A stretch of DNA of 63,738 bases, filler included, from Candidatus Fermentibacterota bacterium (GTDB taxonomy: Bacteria > JAFGKV01), in the NCBI GenBank assembly GCA_016928395.1. It is 8 parts of 8 records of this genome, joined end to end, with 100 filler letters (N's around TTAATTAATTAA, not from the genome) between each part and the next. Parts side by side here need not be neighbours in the genome. Positions count along the whole stretch, not along the records: positions 1 to 17,146 come from JAFGKV010000224.1; 7 more parts are not named here. One strand, written 5' to 3'. Below the pieces are notes generated by a model. The model made no database searches. It was not told the DNA's origin and saw only the letters and a list, made by a program, of their open reading frames with translations. Positions 1 to 9,125 of the stretch are shown here, in pieces. Within the stretch, counting starts at the first letter, position 1. Each line of letters starts with the position of its first letter. The position numbers and the translations under genes were made by a program.

Positions 1-33
1 GAACCCTAACCTGTAGCTCCACGCCACGGCACC

Positions 34-286
34 GGAAGTTGCATCACGTATCGTCCGGGCGAGCCCGGGGCCCCCACTCGTTTGAGAATACATCCACGCA
101 CTCGTACTCGGAGGTACGCCTCTCGATAGCGATAGCGACCCTGAGTGAGGAGTGAGGAGTGAGGAGTGAGGAGATAGGAGTGAGCTGACAGCCGACAGCC
201 GATAGCTGACAGCCGATAGCCACCAGCGGGCCGTACTCTCCACCTCGAAAAACCTGGGTGCTCTCGCATCCAGAGGCCTTACTGAC
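34..286 (+). repeat. Composite intergenic repeat, copy 1 (conserved arms flanking GAGTGAG and CTGACAG/CCGATAG heptamer arrays)
   Basis: 48-135 is about 90% identical to 22630-22720; 230-286 is identical to 22838-22894; diverged reverse copy at 53540-53850. Confidence 0.9.
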
Positions 287-445
287 AACGGATGACTATA
301 CACTTCTCGCACCGCGAGCCGATTCGAGTACCTTATCGGGAGAATTCAACACCGACCGTTCCCTTTTGGGAGGATTCCGGCCTTGGACAGACGACCGACG
401 CGGCACGGGCAAAGGCCCGCGGATCAACGGAAACAGCCGATACCG

Positions 446-1198
446 ATGGCTCCATTGGGCCCGTACCATGCGCCGGGCGACGAGGCGCTCATGGTCGAAT
501 CACTGACCCTGGAGGCGCCCTTCTCCTTCGACAAGACCATTGCGCTGCGCCTCATGCGACGCCAAATCAACCCCAAAGAGGCGTTCACCGTTCGCGATGC
601 AGGGGGCGCATTCTATCGAGCGAGCTTGAAGGACCTTTCTCCACGCGGCGGCATCGCCGTTGTCTACGAGAGGCTCTCTGTCTCTCCGGAGCCTTCCGTG
701 GAGATCACTCTGGCATGCGCCGTTTTGGCGCGACAGCGGATGATCTTCATCATGCAGAAGGCGACCGAACTGGGCGCCTCCTGCATCGTCCCGCTCCTGA
801 CCGACTGTTCCGTTCCAGCCGAGGGCCTCGAGCACGAGAAAGCCCATGCCTGGCCGGGTCAGATTATCCGTGCGGCCAAGCAGTGCCGGAGGAGTTCGCT
901 GCCGCAGATCATGCCTCCCACCACGCTGGAAGCGTTTCTCACATCCCCGAAGTTCTTGGCCAGCGACCTGAAGTTCTACCTCGATGACCATGGCCCCCAC
1001 GCTGTGCACGCTACGTCAGTACCCCGCAGCATCGTACTGTGTGCCGGCCCGGAAGGGGGCTTCTCCGATACCGAACGGCGCCGCCTCGAATCGGCTGCCG
1101 TGCCGTGGAGGCTGGGTGGCCGGGTGCTGCGGGCCGAGACCGCCGTGATGGTGGGTCTGGTGGCCATCCACCTGACGTGGGGTGACTATCGACTCTGA
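446..1198 (+). CDS. rsmE: 16S rRNA m3U1498 methyltransferase RsmE family
   Basis: QKATELG, AAKQCRR, GPEGGFS and LGGRVLRAETA SPOUT motifs; start uncertain (446 or 491). Confidence 0.9.
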   Translation: MAPLGPYHAPGDEALMVESLTLEAPFSFDKTIALRLMRRQINPKEAFTVRDAGGAFYRASLKDLSPRGGIAVVYERLSVSPEPSVEITLACAVLARQRMIFIMQKATELGASCIVPLLTDCSVPAEGLEHEKAHAWPGQIIRAAKQCRRSSLPQIMPPTTLEAFLTSPKFLASDLKFYLDDHGPHAVHATSVPRSIVLCAGPEGGFSDTERRRLESAAVPWRLGGRVLRAETAVMVGLVAIHLTWGDYRL

Positions 1199-1459
1199 GC
1201 GACCGGCCGCGGGAAGGGGAACAAGCGACGGATAGATGAAGAAATGACGCATGGCGGGATGGGTTCTGTCGGTAGAACGCCCAGCACGATCGATGGTGAC
1301 GAAGGCGCCGGAGCGTGGCGCCAGTTAGGGAGAGGAATGCACGGTTCTGACCCGGGGCATCCAATCCAGTTTCATCCGGCGAGTTGAGAATGTATACTAC
1401 GCCATCCGATTCCTGCCCTTCTACTACCTCGCCTCGATGTGGAACCTCGGAGGGATCCG

Positions 1460-2626
1460 TTGAAAGACCTAATCTACCTGGATAGTGGCGCAACCTCATT
1501 CCCCAAGCCAGAGGAAGTCTACGTCTTCATGGACCGGTTCTACCGCGACTTCGGAGTCAACCCCGGCCGCTCAGGCTACGACCTGTGCATGGAAACGGGA
1601 ACTTTGGTCGAGAATACGCGCAAGATGCTCACCCAGTTCTTCAACGGAACCGATCCGAACCGCCTGTGCTTTTCCTACAACTCCACGGATGCGCTCAACT
1701 TGATCATATTTGGGACATTGCAGCGCGGCGACCATGCCATCACCACGAACCTGGAGCACAACTCGGTGATCCGCCCCCTCTACCATTTGTGGCAGGATCA
1801 CGGGGTGGAGGTGGATCACATTCCGTTTGACGGCAAGGGATTTGTCCATCCGGAGGACTTCGCCCGTCGGTTCAAGACCAACACCAAACTGGTGGTCATG
1901 AACCATGGCTCCAATGTCATCGGCACTGTGCAGCCCATCCGGGAGATCGGGAAGCTCTGCAGGGAGCGCGGGATCCTGTTCGCCATCGACGCCTCCCAGT
2001 CGGCAGGCATGATCCCCATCGACATGGAGGCTGACTGCGTTGACCTCGTTGCCTTCACGGGTCACAAATCCCTCATGGGCCCGACGGGCATCGGCGGCCT
2101 CTATGTTCGGGAAGGGGTTGTCGTACGCCACACGAGGGCTGGCGGCACCGGCGTGCGTTCGGCGGTGAAGACGCACCTCCATGAGTATCCTTACCGGCTC
2201 GAGTACGGCACGCCCAATGTGCACGGGATCGCGGGGCTTCACGCGGGGCTCAAGTGGGTAGAGGCGCAGGGAATGGCATCGATCCACGAGCGGGAAATGC
2301 ATCTGTGTACCATGCTGCGGGACGGCCTGCAGGGCATAGAGGGCGTGACGATCTACTGCGGGGACGACTTGACGGATCACATCAGTGTCCTGGCATTCAA
2401 CGTCGACGGGATGGAAGCGGGCAATGTGGGCACGATCCTCGATGTGGATCACAATATCGCCTGCCGTACGGGCCTGCACTGCGCACCGTTGGTCCACGAG
2501 CAGCTTGGGACTGTGCCTATTCACGGCGCGGTGCGATTCGGCATCGGGCCGTTCAATACTGAGGAACATATCGAGGCCGCGATCCAGGGTGTTCGCGAGA
2601 TCGCGTCCATGCGACGGGCGCGGTAG
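1460..2626 (+). CDS. PLP-dependent cysteine desulfurase / selenocysteine lyase family (aminotransferase class V)
   Basis: YLDSGATSFPKP, EHNSV, DASQSAG, TGHK (PLP lysine), RTGLHCAP catalytic Cys motif; GGAGGG precedes TTG at 1460. Confidence 0.9.
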   Translation: MKDLIYLDSGATSFPKPEEVYVFMDRFYRDFGVNPGRSGYDLCMETGTLVENTRKMLTQFFNGTDPNRLCFSYNSTDALNLIIFGTLQRGDHAITTNLEHNSVIRPLYHLWQDHGVEVDHIPFDGKGFVHPEDFARRFKTNTKLVVMNHGSNVIGTVQPIREIGKLCRERGILFAIDASQSAGMIPIDMEADCVDLVAFTGHKSLMGPTGIGGLYVREGVVVRHTRAGGTGVRSAVKTHLHEYPYRLEYGTPNVHGIAGLHAGLKWVEAQGMASIHEREMHLCTMLRDGLQGIEGVTIYCGDDLTDHISVLAFNVDGMEAGNVGTILDVDHNIACRTGLHCAPLVHEQLGTVPIHGAVRFGIGPFNTEEHIEAAIQGVREIASMRRAR

Positions 2627-2685
2627 GAGCACGCCCCTCGATCGCAACGGTTTCGATCCATCGGCAGGTCACGAAAGGAGCATAT

Positions 2686-3006
2686 ATGGGCTGCATCAAT
2701 GTCAGCGGGCGCGGCGTTCAGATCAATGAAGAAGGGTTCTTGCAGAACCCGGGGGAGTGGAACCGAGAGGTGGCCCGAGAGCTGGCATGCACCCAGGAGG
2801 GCCTGACCGACCTGACCGATGAACACTGGTCCGTGGTCAACTGCATCCGCGAGCACTACCTGGAGCATGATCTGGCCCCCATGGTGCGCAAGATCTGCGT
2901 GACCACCGGCCTGAAGCTCACCCGCATCTTCGAGCTCTTCCCCTCGGGGCCCGCCAAGGGCGCCTGCAAGGTGGCCGGCCTACCCAAACCCGACGGCTGC
3001 GTTTAG
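2686..3006 (+). CDS. dsrC: DsrC/TusE family sulfur carrier with both C-terminal cysteines (DsrC type)
   Basis: EEGFL..W, LTDEHW, LFPSGPAKGACKVAGLPKPDGCV (C-X10-C); AGGAG SD. Confidence 0.9.
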   Translation: MGCINVSGRGVQINEEGFLQNPGEWNREVARELACTQEGLTDLTDEHWSVVNCIREHYLEHDLAPMVRKICVTTGLKLTRIFELFPSGPAKGACKVAGLPKPDGCV

Positions 3007-3012
3007 GAATCG

Positions 3013-3657
3013 GTGGGAGATTCCTCCCTCATGACTCTTCTGACCTGGGGCGTCATCCTCTCCGCCGGCATCTGCCTGGTCGCGCTCTCGGCCTTGGTGG
3101 CCCGCACCTTCGCCTTCCGGGCGCCTTCGTCGCTGGCTGCCACCCAAGGGAGCGCCGCCAGGGGTATGAGGTATGCGTTCGGCGCGGGGATGCTCCCGAC
3201 CGCCAAGGAGAGTGCCCGGGACCATCTGATGGTGTGGGTGACAGGTATGCTCTATCACGCCGGCATCTTCGCGGGATTGTTCTACCTGGCGTTCACGGTG
3301 ATCGGGTTCCTGCCCGCGGCCATAGTCGCCGCGCTGCGGGTTCTCATCGCGGTGGGCGCCGTCGCGGGGCTCGGCCTTCTCGCACGCCGGATTGCCCTTC
3401 CTCACCTCCGGCAGCTCAGTTGCGCCGACGATTTCGCAGCCAATCTCATCGTCGATCTCTTCCTGACGGCCGCCGTGATCCATTCCTTCGTTCCGACGTT
3501 GCGTGGGCCGTTCTACCTGGTTGCGATCCTGATGTTCCTCTATGTCCCCGTGGGCAAGATCCGACATTGCTTTTTTTTCTTCTACATGCGCATTCTGTTC
3601 GGCACCTTCTTCGGTCGCCGGGGCGTGCTGCCTCATCGAGGCGTCCGTGAAGCCTGA
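3013..3657 (+). CDS. NarI/DsrM-like membrane cytochrome b subunit
   Basis: Several hydrophobic helices; LYHAGIF and YVPVGKIRH resemble NarI/DsrM heme-ligand segments; overlaps the next Fe-S gene. Confidence 0.7.
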   Translation: MGDSSLMTLLTWGVILSAGICLVALSALVARTFAFRAPSSLAATQGSAARGMRYAFGAGMLPTAKESARDHLMVWVTGMLYHAGIFAGLFYLAFTVIGFLPAAIVAALRVLIAVGAVAGLGLLARRIALPHLRQLSCADDFAANLIVDLFLTAAVIHSFVPTLRGPFYLVAILMFLYVPVGKIRHCFFFFYMRILFGTFFGRRGVLPHRGVREA

Positions 3658-4987
3658 GCCAATCAACGCGGGTCCGCTGGAGGACCGCGTCGAGGCCCTA
3701 AAGCCCGATGATCTCACCCGAGCTCTGGAGGAATTCCGGGCCGTCATGACCCGTGATCACGCCGCAGCCTTGGCTTCGTGCGTTCACTGTGGGCTCTGCT
3801 CCGAGACCTGCCACTACTATCTCGCCACCCGGAGGCTGGACGCCATCCCCGCCTACAAGTTGGGGCTTGTCGCCAGCGTGTTCCGCCGGCATGAGGGTCT
3901 TCTGGGCAAAGTAGCGCCGGGATGGGTGGGCGCGAGAACGCTGAACCACGAGACAATCAAGGCGTGGATCGATGCGCTGTTCGGCCGGTGTTCGCTCTGC
4001 GGCAGGTGCGCACTCAACTGCACGATGGGGATCAATATCACCGCGGCGATTCGCGCGGCCAGGGGCGTCCTGGCGGCCTTGGATCTGGTGCCTCCCGGCC
4101 TGAAGTCCACGGTGGACACCGCCTTGATCAAGGGCAACAACATGGGAATCTCCGAGAACGACTTCGTGGAGACCTTGGCCTGGCTTGAGGGGGAGATGCA
4201 GAGTGATGCCGGGTTTGAGACGGCTCGGATGTACGTTGAGGAGACCGGTTGCCGCATGCTCTACACGTTGAATCCACGGGAAGTGATGTTCTTCCCCCTT
4301 TCCATCGTGGCCGTGGCCAAGATTTTCCATGCCGCAGGTGAGAGCTGGACCTTCTCCAAGGATGGGTTCGACGTCACCAACTATGGGCTCTACGACGGCT
4401 CCGATGCGCATGCGGGAACCATGTCGGGACGATTGGTCACCTCCATGGAGCGCCTCGGGGCCGGCACTCTGGTGCTGGCCGAATGCGGTCACGGATTCAA
4501 TTCGAACCGCTGGGAGGCCCCCCAGTGGCTCAATCGGCGCTACCCCTTCGAAGTCAAGAGCATACTCCAGGTGGTGGCCGGCTATCTTCGGGATGGCAGG
4601 ATCAAGGTTGATGCCGCCCAGAACACCCAACCGGTAACGCTCCACGATCCCTGCAATCTGGTACGATTGGGCGGCATCGTGGAGGAGCAGCGGTATCTGC
4701 TGCGGCATACGGCACGTGACTTCCGGGAGATGACGCCCAACCGCGAGCACAACTACTGCTGCGGCGGAGGCGGGGGCCAGTTAGCCATGACCAACTACGC
4801 CGACCGGCGCCTTGAGGCCGGCAGGATCAAGGCGGATCAGATCCGACGCACGGGAGCCAAAATTGTGGCAGTACCGTGCCACAACTGCATCGACCAGCTC
4901 ATGGAGCTCAACAAGCATTATGGGCTCGGGGTGGAGTTGAAGACAGTTTGCGAACTGGTGGCCAATGCGCTGGTGGTGGAGCCGTAG
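3647..4987 (+). CDS. DsrK/HdrD-like Fe-S oxidoreductase (two [4Fe-4S] motifs plus CCG domain)
   Basis: CVHCGLCSETC, CSLCGRCALNC, ECGH, HDPC...CCGGGGG...CHNC; GTG start inferred at 3647. Confidence 0.85.
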   Translation: MKPEPINAGPLEDRVEALKPDDLTRALEEFRAVMTRDHAAALASCVHCGLCSETCHYYLATRRLDAIPAYKLGLVASVFRRHEGLLGKVAPGWVGARTLNHETIKAWIDALFGRCSLCGRCALNCTMGINITAAIRAARGVLAALDLVPPGLKSTVDTALIKGNNMGISENDFVETLAWLEGEMQSDAGFETARMYVEETGCRMLYTLNPREVMFFPLSIVAVAKIFHAAGESWTFSKDGFDVTNYGLYDGSDAHAGTMSGRLVTSMERLGAGTLVLAECGHGFNSNRWEAPQWLNRRYPFEVKSILQVVAGYLRDGRIKVDAAQNTQPVTLHDPCNLVRLGGIVEEQRYLLRHTARDFREMTPNREHNYCCGGGGGQLAMTNYADRRLEAGRIKADQIRRTGAKIVAVPCHNCIDQLMELNKHYGLGVELKTVCELVANALVVEP

Positions 4988-5056
4988 CGCATCCAGATGG
5001 CCTCCCGCTAGCCCCGGGCGACATTCGCAGATGAATCCTCCCTGGGAGATGACTCA

Positions 5057-7759
5057 ATGACTAATGACCCCACCGCTCCTTGGACGAAAGCCGCGGAGGA
5101 TCTCGCCGCCGATCTTGGTGTCGACTTGGAGTCGGGGCTCCCCTCGGCCAACGCCTCCGCCCTCCTGGTATCTCATGGCCTCAACGAACTCGTGGAAGAG
5201 AAAGGGCCCAGTCTCCTCGTGCAGTTCCTCGGCCAGTTCAACAACTTCATGGTGTGGGTGCTCATCGGGGCGGGCATCATTGCCGGAATCCTCCAGGAGT
5301 GGGTTGACACTGTTGCCATCACGGGCATCGTTATTCTTAATGCGCTCATGGGCTTCATCCAGGAACACCGGGCCGAAAAGGCTCTGGCCGCCTTGCGCAG
5401 GATGTCCAGTCCCGTTGCCAAGGTGCGCCGAGGAGGCACGACTGTTCAGATTCCCGCAGCCCAAGTCGTCCCGGGTGATGTGGTGGAACTGGAAGCCGGT
5501 GATGCCGTGCCGGCCGACGCACGGATCACATGGGCGACGGGCGGGTTCGCGGTGCAGGAGGCAAGCCTGACCGGTGAATCCCAGCCCGTCTTCAAGACGG
5601 CGGCAACCCTGGAGCGGGCGAAAGTCCCCCTGGCTGAGCGACGGAACATGGTGTTCATGGGCACCTCGGCAGTCGCGGGCAAAGCCCGGGCAATGGTGAT
5701 GGCTACAGGGATGCACACCGAGCTGGGCAAGATCGCCGGCATGTTGCATGCCTCAGGCCATGAGCCGACGCCTCTCCAGCGGCGGCTGACACGGTTCGGG
5801 AAGATCCTGGTCTATGTGTGCCTGGCTTTGGTCTCGCTGGTCTTCCTCGTGGGCTGGCTGCATGGAAGGAGCCTGCTGGAGTCGTTCCTCACGGCCGTGA
5901 GTCTTGCGGTGGCGGTCATTCCGGAGGGCTTGCCCGCCGTGGTGACCATCGCGCTGGCTCTTGGCGTACACCGCATGGCCGCGCGGAATGCCCTGGTCCG
6001 CAAGCTCCCGTCGGTGGAGACACTGGGCTGCGCCACCGTGATCTGTTCCGACAAGACGGGGACGCTGACCCGCAATGAGATGACGGTGCGGGCCGTGTAC
6101 GCGGGCCATCATCTGAACGATGTCTCCGGCATCGGGTATGCGCCCGAAGGGCGCTTCTTGCGGGATGGCGCACCCTTTGATGCGGCCGAAGACGCCGACC
6201 TTCTGCAGACGCTGCTGTGCGGTACGCTCTGCAACGGCGCGACCCTTGAGTCGAAAGGCGGAACATGGCGGGTCATCGGCGATCCGACCGAGGGTGCGCT
6301 CCTCACGGTTGCGGGTAAGGCCGGGCTATCCAAGAAGGCATTGGAGGAGATCCATGACCTGGCTGAGGAGATCCCCTTTGACTCCCAGCGCAAGCGGATG
6401 ACCATGTTGCGGCGTTTTGACGGCGACCTGGTCGCCTATGTCAAAGGCGCCCCCGATCTCCTACTGGATCGATGCGCGCGGATTCTGGAGAACGGTACCG
6501 TTCGGCCCATGGATGATCATGACCGCACGCGGATCCTTGAGGCAAACGGCACGATGACCCGCCGCGCCATGCGGGTTCTGGGCGCCGCCTATCGAACCGT
6601 TGAGGAGCAGGAGACGGTGGGAGCCGAGATCGTGGAGCGCGATCTGATCTTCGCCGGTCTTCTGGCCATGATCGATCCGCCTCGGCAGGAGGTGAAAGAT
6701 GCCGTGGATCTCTGCAAGGAGGCGGGAATCCGCACGGTGATGATCACCGGCGACCATCAGAATACCGCGGTGGCAGTGGCGACGGAGTTGGGGTTCTTCG
6801 AGACCGGGTCGGAGGCAGTGACTGGGGAGGGTCTCGAAAGCATGACGGACGAGCAGCTCACGGGATCGGTGAAGCGGATCGCGGTCTATGCCCGCGTCTC
6901 ACCCGAGCACAAGCTCCGGATCGTCAAGGCATGGAAGCGCCTCGGTGAGATTGTAGCCATGACGGGCGACGGGGTGAACGATGCGCCGGCGGTGAAGGAA
7001 GCCGATATCGGCGTTGCCATGGGAATCACCGGCACCGATGTCACCAAGGAAGTCTCGGACATGGTCATCACTGATGACAACTTCGCGTCTATCGTGTCGG
7101 CGGTGGAGGAGGGCCGCGGCATCTATGACAATATCCGCAAGTTCATCCACTACCTTCTCTCCTGTAACTGCGGCGAGATGCTGGTGATGCTTGTCTCCAC
7201 GTTCGCCGGGACCCCTGTCCCACTTCTCCCCATCCAGATCCTCTGGGTCAACCTTGTGACCGACGGACTTCCCGCGTTGGCCCTCGGCGTGGATCCCATG
7301 GATCCTCATGTGATGCGCCGACCACCCCGACCACCCAAGGAGCCGCTCATCAACCGGCGAACCCTGGCCCTCATCCTGTTTCAGGGAACGGTGATCTGTC
7401 TGTGTTCATTGGGCGTCTTCCTCTTCGTGCTCAAAGGAGGCGGATCAATCCGGGAGGCGCGCACAATGGCGCTGGCGGTGCTGGCGGGAACCCAGCTCTT
7501 TCATTCCCTTAACTGCAGGAGCCAGACCGAGTCATTGTTCACCCTGGGCATTTTCACCAACCGTAGTCTGGTGTTCGCATTTCTTGGTTCGTTCGTGCTC
7601 CAGTTCGCCGTGATCACCCTGCCCGGGGTGCGCGACGTGTTCAAGACCCAGCCGCTCACGATGACACAATGGGGGTTGGTGGTCGCCCTTTCGTCGCTGC
7701 CGCTGTGGGCAGGCGAAGTGCGGAAGCTTCTCCAGCGGCGCGGGAAGGAGACGGTCTAA
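5057..7759 (+). CDS. Cation-transporting P-type ATPase (type IIA, Ca2+-like)
   Basis: TGES, PEGL, DKTGTLT, KGAP, TGDGVND, WVNLVTDGLPALALG. Confidence 0.95.
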   Translation: MTNDPTAPWTKAAEDLAADLGVDLESGLPSANASALLVSHGLNELVEEKGPSLLVQFLGQFNNFMVWVLIGAGIIAGILQEWVDTVAITGIVILNALMGFIQEHRAEKALAALRRMSSPVAKVRRGGTTVQIPAAQVVPGDVVELEAGDAVPADARITWATGGFAVQEASLTGESQPVFKTAATLERAKVPLAERRNMVFMGTSAVAGKARAMVMATGMHTELGKIAGMLHASGHEPTPLQRRLTRFGKILVYVCLALVSLVFLVGWLHGRSLLESFLTAVSLAVAVIPEGLPAVVTIALALGVHRMAARNALVRKLPSVETLGCATVICSDKTGTLTRNEMTVRAVYAGHHLNDVSGIGYAPEGRFLRDGAPFDAAEDADLLQTLLCGTLCNGATLESKGGTWRVIGDPTEGALLTVAGKAGLSKKALEEIHDLAEEIPFDSQRKRMTMLRRFDGDLVAYVKGAPDLLLDRCARILENGTVRPMDDHDRTRILEANGTMTRRAMRVLGAAYRTVEEQETVGAEIVERDLIFAGLLAMIDPPRQEVKDAVDLCKEAGIRTVMITGDHQNTAVAVATELGFFETGSEAVTGEGLESMTDEQLTGSVKRIAVYARVSPEHKLRIVKAWKRLGEIVAMTGDGVNDAPAVKEADIGVAMGITGTDVTKEVSDMVITDDNFASIVSAVEEGRGIYDNIRKFIHYLLSCNCGEMLVMLVSTFAGTPVPLLPIQILWVNLVTDGLPALALGVDPMDPHVMRRPPRPPKEPLINRRTLALILFQGTVICLCSLGVFLFVLKGGGSIREARTMALAVLAGTQLFHSLNCRSQTESLFTLGIFTNRSLVFAFLGSFVLQFAVITLPGVRDVFKTQPLTMTQWGLVVALSSLPLWAGEVRKLLQRRGKETV

Positions 7760-7782
7760 GGCGTCGAGACGAAGCCGTTCTC

Positions 7783-8982
7783 CTACTCTCCCGTCACCCG
7801 GTAGAAGAAACCCTCGGCCGTGGCCGGTTCGGAGTAGAGGGTGTCGGCCGTTGTGGCGATGAGGGAGAACGCTTCGAAGGCCGATAGCGAGCGATACACC
7901 CGGTAGAGATCGAACGGGAAATCGCTTGTCCAGTGAAGGGTGACGGTGGGGCCCATGACCTCTACCTCCAGCGTGATGGGCGGCGTCACCGTGCGTACGA
8001 ACACCCCGTTCTCGCAGGTCGTCAGATAGAGGCGATCTCCCGACGGGTGAAACACCAGGTCCACCGCGGGCAAAGGTAGTGGGGTGTCGGTACGGTCGAT
8101 CCAGGTTGTTCCCCAGTCCCATGAGAAGAGGAGTGTGTACGGCGAGAAGGTGACGGCAGCGGCCATTCCCGGGACGCCGGGGTTGAAGGCGATTCGCTTC
8201 GAGTCATGGGCATCGACCTGATGCCAGGTTGCAGCCCCGTCGCCGCTTCGGTAGATGCCGTTGTCATTGGAGCACAGCAGCACGAGGGAATCATGGGGGC
8301 TCACGGCCACGCAGTACACACCCAGGGAGGGCGGCAGGCCACCGCTTGTCTGCATCCACGTCTCTCCCGCATCGTCTGATCTGGTGACCTGCTGGTCGCC
8401 CGACACGTAGAGCCTGCCGCGCACCTGGGGATCCATGGCGATCCCCGTCATGGCGTAGTGAATGTGATTCGTCAACTGCTGCCATGTGAGCCCGCCGTTG
8501 ACCGACTTGAGAAGATCGCCGGGCGTGATGTCGTGCCATCCGCAGGCGAGAAGCGTATTGGGCCCGAACGGATCTGCCTTGATGTCCTTGAACCCGCCGC
8601 CCTGGGACGACCAGACGAGCTGGTTTGTCACACCCCAGTCGTGGCTCAGCTCGACATACCCCTTGAAGAATGCGTTCTGCCGCCCGGTGAGAATGCGGCC
8701 CGGCACATCCGGATGGGCCAGGATAGACCACACTTCCCGGCCGATCCATCCAGGTTGTTCGCGATTCGTCCACACGCTGTCATCAATGGCGTAGTACAGA
8801 AACCCGGTCACAGAACCCACCAGCAGCGTGTTCGTCGCCGCGTCCACGGACATGCACGTGCTGCCGGTGCTGATGCCGCCCAGGGCCTGCCACGGGCCGA
8901 GGGTGGCCCTGCAGGTTTGGAAGGGCGCGAAGACGATGAGCGAAAAGACCATCGCGAGCCTCATGAGGGCACCGTGGCGCAT
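7783..8982 (-). CDS. Secreted BNR/Asp-box beta-propeller protein with C-terminal FN3-like module
   Basis: Signal-like N-terminus; Asp-boxes SHDWGVTN, SVNGGLTW, SDDAGETW, SGDGAATW, SWDWGTTW; GGAGG SD. Confidence 0.75.
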   Translation of the reverse strand: MRHGALMRLAMVFSLIVFAPFQTCRATLGPWQALGGISTGSTCMSVDAATNTLLVGSVTGFLYYAIDDSVWTNREQPGWIGREVWSILAHPDVPGRILTGRQNAFFKGYVELSHDWGVTNQLVWSSQGGGFKDIKADPFGPNTLLACGWHDITPGDLLKSVNGGLTWQQLTNHIHYAMTGIAMDPQVRGRLYVSGDQQVTRSDDAGETWMQTSGGLPPSLGVYCVAVSPHDSLVLLCSNDNGIYRSGDGAATWHQVDAHDSKRIAFNPGVPGMAAAVTFSPYTLLFSWDWGTTWIDRTDTPLPLPAVDLVFHPSGDRLYLTTCENGVFVRTVTPPITLEVEVMGPTVTLHWTSDFPFDLYRVYRSLSAFEAFSLIATTADTLYSEPATAEGFFYRVTGE

Positions 8983-9125
8983 GAACACCTCCGGGCACGG
9001 CGCTCGTGCAGGCCGGCCATTGATTGGAGGAAAGCAGGGGAGGAATCCATAGGTCCTAAACGACATGTACGACCTATGGCTCTCCGCATCAGTCGTGCCG
9101 CGTACTCCGTCTTCGAAGCCCTTCG

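Noticed and set aside
6-269. ORFs 6-269, 53460-53663, 54201-54446 and 54298-54555
   Set aside because: Translations are by-products of tandem repeats (LSAIGCRLSA, IIHHSI)
1571-2647. Long antisense or alternate-frame ORFs (also 3698-4750, 9700-10920, 39438-40427, 46735-47748, 59949-60863, 61171-62316)
   Set aside because: Shadows of well-supported genes, expected in high-GC DNA; no family motifs
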